A stretch of 64,000 nucleotides of DNA from Squalus acanthias (taxonomy: Eukaryota): positions 14,634,001-14,698,000 of the forward strand of contig CM059433.1 in the NCBI GenBank assembly GCA_030390025.1, given 5' to 3'. The notes under the pieces are model-generated. The model was not told the DNA's origin and did no database searches. It worked only from the letters and a program-made list of their open reading frames with translations. The stretch's first letter is position 1, and every line of letters begins with the position of its first letter. The position numbers and the translations under genes are program-made. Below are positions 61,187 through 64,000 of this stretch, piece by piece.

Positions 61187-61612
61187 TGGCATAGTGGTTA
61201 GCACTGGTGTCTCACAGCGCCAGGGACCCGGGTTCGAATCTGACCTCGGGTGACTGTCTGTGTGGAGTTTGCACATTCTCCCCGTGTCTGCGTGGGTTTC
61301 CTCCGGGTGCTCCGGTTTCCTCCCACAGTCCAAAAATGTGCGGGTTAGGTTGATTTGGCTATGATAAATTGACCCTTAGTGTTAGGGGGGGATTAAATAT
61401 GTGGAGTTATGGGGATAGGATGGGATATGTTAGGGGGAATTAAATACGTGGGGTTACGGGGGTAGGGTGGGATATGTGTACTGTGGGGATTAAAGCAGGG
61501 ACAGGGTACTGGATTTGGATGATCAGCCATGATCGTATTGAATGGTGGAGCAGGCTCGACGGGCCGAATGGCCTACTCCTGCTCCTAGATTCTATGTTTC
61601 TATGTTTCTATC
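61187..61612 (+). mobile_element. HE1-like V-SINE fused to the 3' end of a young CR1
   Basis: 61187-61478 matches 48310-48555; 61493-61612 matches 23045-23160 with a (TTTCTATG)n tail. Confidence 0.88.
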
Positions 61613-62358
61613 TCAGTAGATCACAAAACATTACTGCAAAGCCACACTCAACCTCATCCTGCTGTGCCACTCATCACATCCCCATCACTCTGCCTTCCCT
61701 ACCATACTCCTGCACATCCTTACTCACACCAACTTACCTTGCACCTCCACCCATCCCTCTCTATCTATATTATCACTTCCCCATCTCACTAGCCACCCAT
61801 CACACTCACCCTCATCCTTGTCCAATCATTCAAACTAACACACAAGGGTAGACATTGTGTGCTTTAGCCAATGCTTGTGTAAAGTGTCTGTTAATGTGTT
61901 GTCAAGCATTGAAATCTTTATTTTCAACACTTTGCCTTCTTGGACAGATTTGTGTGCACCTTTGGAAGTGTCTTAGGGAGTTCCAGTGAGTGGTGAGACA
62001 TAACGGTACCCCTGCAATGGCAACGAGTGTGAAAGGAATAGCTTGGGCATTGCAGGGATGCTTGATGGTGCTGGTGTGGGGTGGTGCCAACCTGGTGCAT
62101 CATGTGGCAGCCAGGGTGTACAGCATCAAGTGAAGTAAATCTGGCCATGGTGAGGCCATCCCTGGCCTCCCGGGCAGCAATGTGGTTGGGTGTTGATGCC
62201 CTGTGTCCTGTGCAGCATCAGTTGATTGCGGAGAAGGTTAGTATTGTTGTGGGTGCTGCTGGTGTGCCTGGTGATGTTGGTGTTGGGGCCGATCGTGGTG
62301 GGATTCTGAGGACCAAGGTGAGATTTTTTCAAGGGCACCGATGCTGCTGAAATAGATG

Positions 62359-62416
62359 TGAGAAGTCGCACAACACCAGGTTATAGTCCAACAGTTTTAT
62401 TTGAAATCACATCATG
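62359..62416. mobile_element. 58-bp Penelope-like micro-insertion
   Basis: Identical to 5267-5318 plus atcatg; 13-bp TSD gctgaaatagatg (62346-62358 and 62417-62429). Confidence 0.9.
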
Positions 62417-62740
62417 GCTGAAATAGATGGCAGCTGAAGTTCAGATGACAGAAGCGATCGGTCAGTGTTGAGAGAGCTTGCTCCAAGGAGGTGACAGTGG
62501 ATAGAGAGTTTACACCAAACTGCATACAGCGCAAAAAAGTGTCTTCCAAGTCCTGAAGGCTCAAGCTTCTGACATTGGAAATTTAGCAGCTGTGAAATGG
62601 TAGTTTCTATACCACTTTTGCAGCTGCCACCTATTCACAGCAATGGAGAGCCATAGAGAACCCAATACACTTGCCTGATGTGATCCCTGAGCGCCAGGAA
62701 CCTCGTGGAAAAGTTGGAAAAATGGTCAGTAGCTGGTAAA

Positions 62741-63923
62741 ATGCATCCATGGCAGCAGCAGAACCAGGCAGCTCAGCAGCAACATCAGCAGGAGCCCCAA
62801 CCTCCTGCTCAGCCACCTGATGCTGCACAGGGCAGAAGGCACCAGCGCATCTAGGCACCTCGCCGCAGGAGATACCCCCGACAGAGGGTTTACAGACAAA
62901 GGATGAGCTACCTCAACATGAGTGAGCAGCAGTGCCAAAGGAGGCTGAGACTTTCACGAGAGGTTGTCCGAGAGATCTGCAGCCTGCTGCAGCAAGACCT
63001 GGTGCCCAGAGGAACGGGTGGACAACCCTTACCAGTGGCTGTCAAAGTCACCACCGCACTCAACTTCTTTACCTCAGGCTCCTTCCAGGGATCATCAGCA
63101 GACATCAACGGCATCTCCCAGTCGGCCGCCCATAGTTGCATCATGCAGGTTACCGATGCCGTTTTTGCTAAGGCCCACAATTACATCAACTTCTCAAAAG
63201 ATCAAGCAAGTATAACCGTGCGTGCGGTTGGCTTTGCAAATGTGGCAGGCATGGCAATGGTGCAGGGCATCATAGACTGCACATGTGGCCCTTAGGGAAT
63301 CCCATCACAACCCAGCTATCTTTGTCAACCGCAAGGGCTTCCACTCCCTCAACGTACAGCTAGTGTGTAACCACAAGAAGGAGTTCTTGCATGTTTGCGC
63401 CAAGTTCTGTGGTAGTTACCATGACTCTTTCTTCCTGCGGAACGCTAGTGTTCCTCCGCTTTTCAATCCGCCAAACCAACTTAACGGATGGCTCCTTGGT
63501 GACAAAGGCTACCCCCTGAAGAAGTGGCTAATGACGCCGATCAGGAGGCCAGCTAACGAGGCAGAAGAGCGCTACAATGCCAGCCACACTTCGACCAGGT
63601 CCATCATCGAGCAAACCATTGGGTTGTTGAAGATGCACTTCAGTTGCCTTAACCGATCAGGTGGAGCCCTGCAGTATACACCATACAGGGTCTCCAGAAT
63701 GGTCGTGGTCCGCTGTGCACTGTACAACATCGCATGGCGTCGTGGCTTGCAGCTTCCTGAGGAGCAAGTGGCTCAGTTCCAGGCCTCCTCAGCTGAGGAT
63801 GAGGAGGAGGAGGTGGCTGAGGAGGTCAGAGCGCCGGTGTATCGACCAGCAGCAGCAGCAGCACGCGAGCCCATGGCTGCCCGGGATGCAAAGGATGAAC
63901 TTATCTTGTCGAGATTTGCATAG
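62741..63923 (+). pseudogene. Near full-length Harbinger (HARBI1-like) DDE transposase
   Basis: [21 protein letters not shown](H), [41 protein letters not shown]. One stop (62852) and one 2-bp frameshift (~63282). Confidence 0.95.
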
Positions 63924-64000
63924 TTTGCCCAAGTTGGCACATGTCCTTGGCTCCATCCTAAGACATCATTGACAATGGACATGACTGTCTGGCCTCGTTT

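Larger units (their letters stand above)
60693..64000 (+). mobile_element. Composite Harbinger region: degenerate Myb exon 1 (~60950-61185), intron-like tract, transposase
   Basis: AAPRLSHDS...MEGVTARREVLFP..GRKRPPQEI.AA*LHIAQE, plus a pyrimidine-rich intron like 53745-53950. Confidence 0.8.

Noticed and set aside
62741..63923. Host gene HARBI1, or NAIF1/MSANTD for the Myb ORFs
   Set aside because: Multiple disrupted copies in transposon context indicate mobile elements, not the domesticated genes.

Overview
Repeat-dominated vertebrate genomic DNA, almost certainly from an elasmobranch (shark or ray): it contains HE1-like V-SINEs, SacSINE1-like DeuSINEs and abundant CR1/HER1-type LINEs. No complete host gene is visible. 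Most ORFs in the track are broken reverse-transcriptase fragments (CR1, L2, RTE, Vingi-like) or antisense noise. The window also holds many PIF/Harbinger DNA transposon pieces: 3-exon Myb/SANT-like genes, a nearly intact DDE transposase at 62.7-63.9 kb, and MITEs with GGG-starting TIRs and 3-bp TSDs. The most notable observations are: (1) tiny palindromic Penelope-like insertions carrying minimal hammerhead ribozymes from two families, including a 58-bp insert whose junction sits at the predicted cleavage site; (2) Harbinger-type MITEs carrying arrays of hairpins with TGACAG/CTGTCA cores that are conserved in structure; (3) a 344-bp inverted local duplication captured inside a MITE; (4) chimeric SINE/LINE retrocopies; (5) a chain of weakly supported minus-strand exons of an unidentified host gene. 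Boundaries of old repeats are approximate. Family names come from motif recognition, not database searches.
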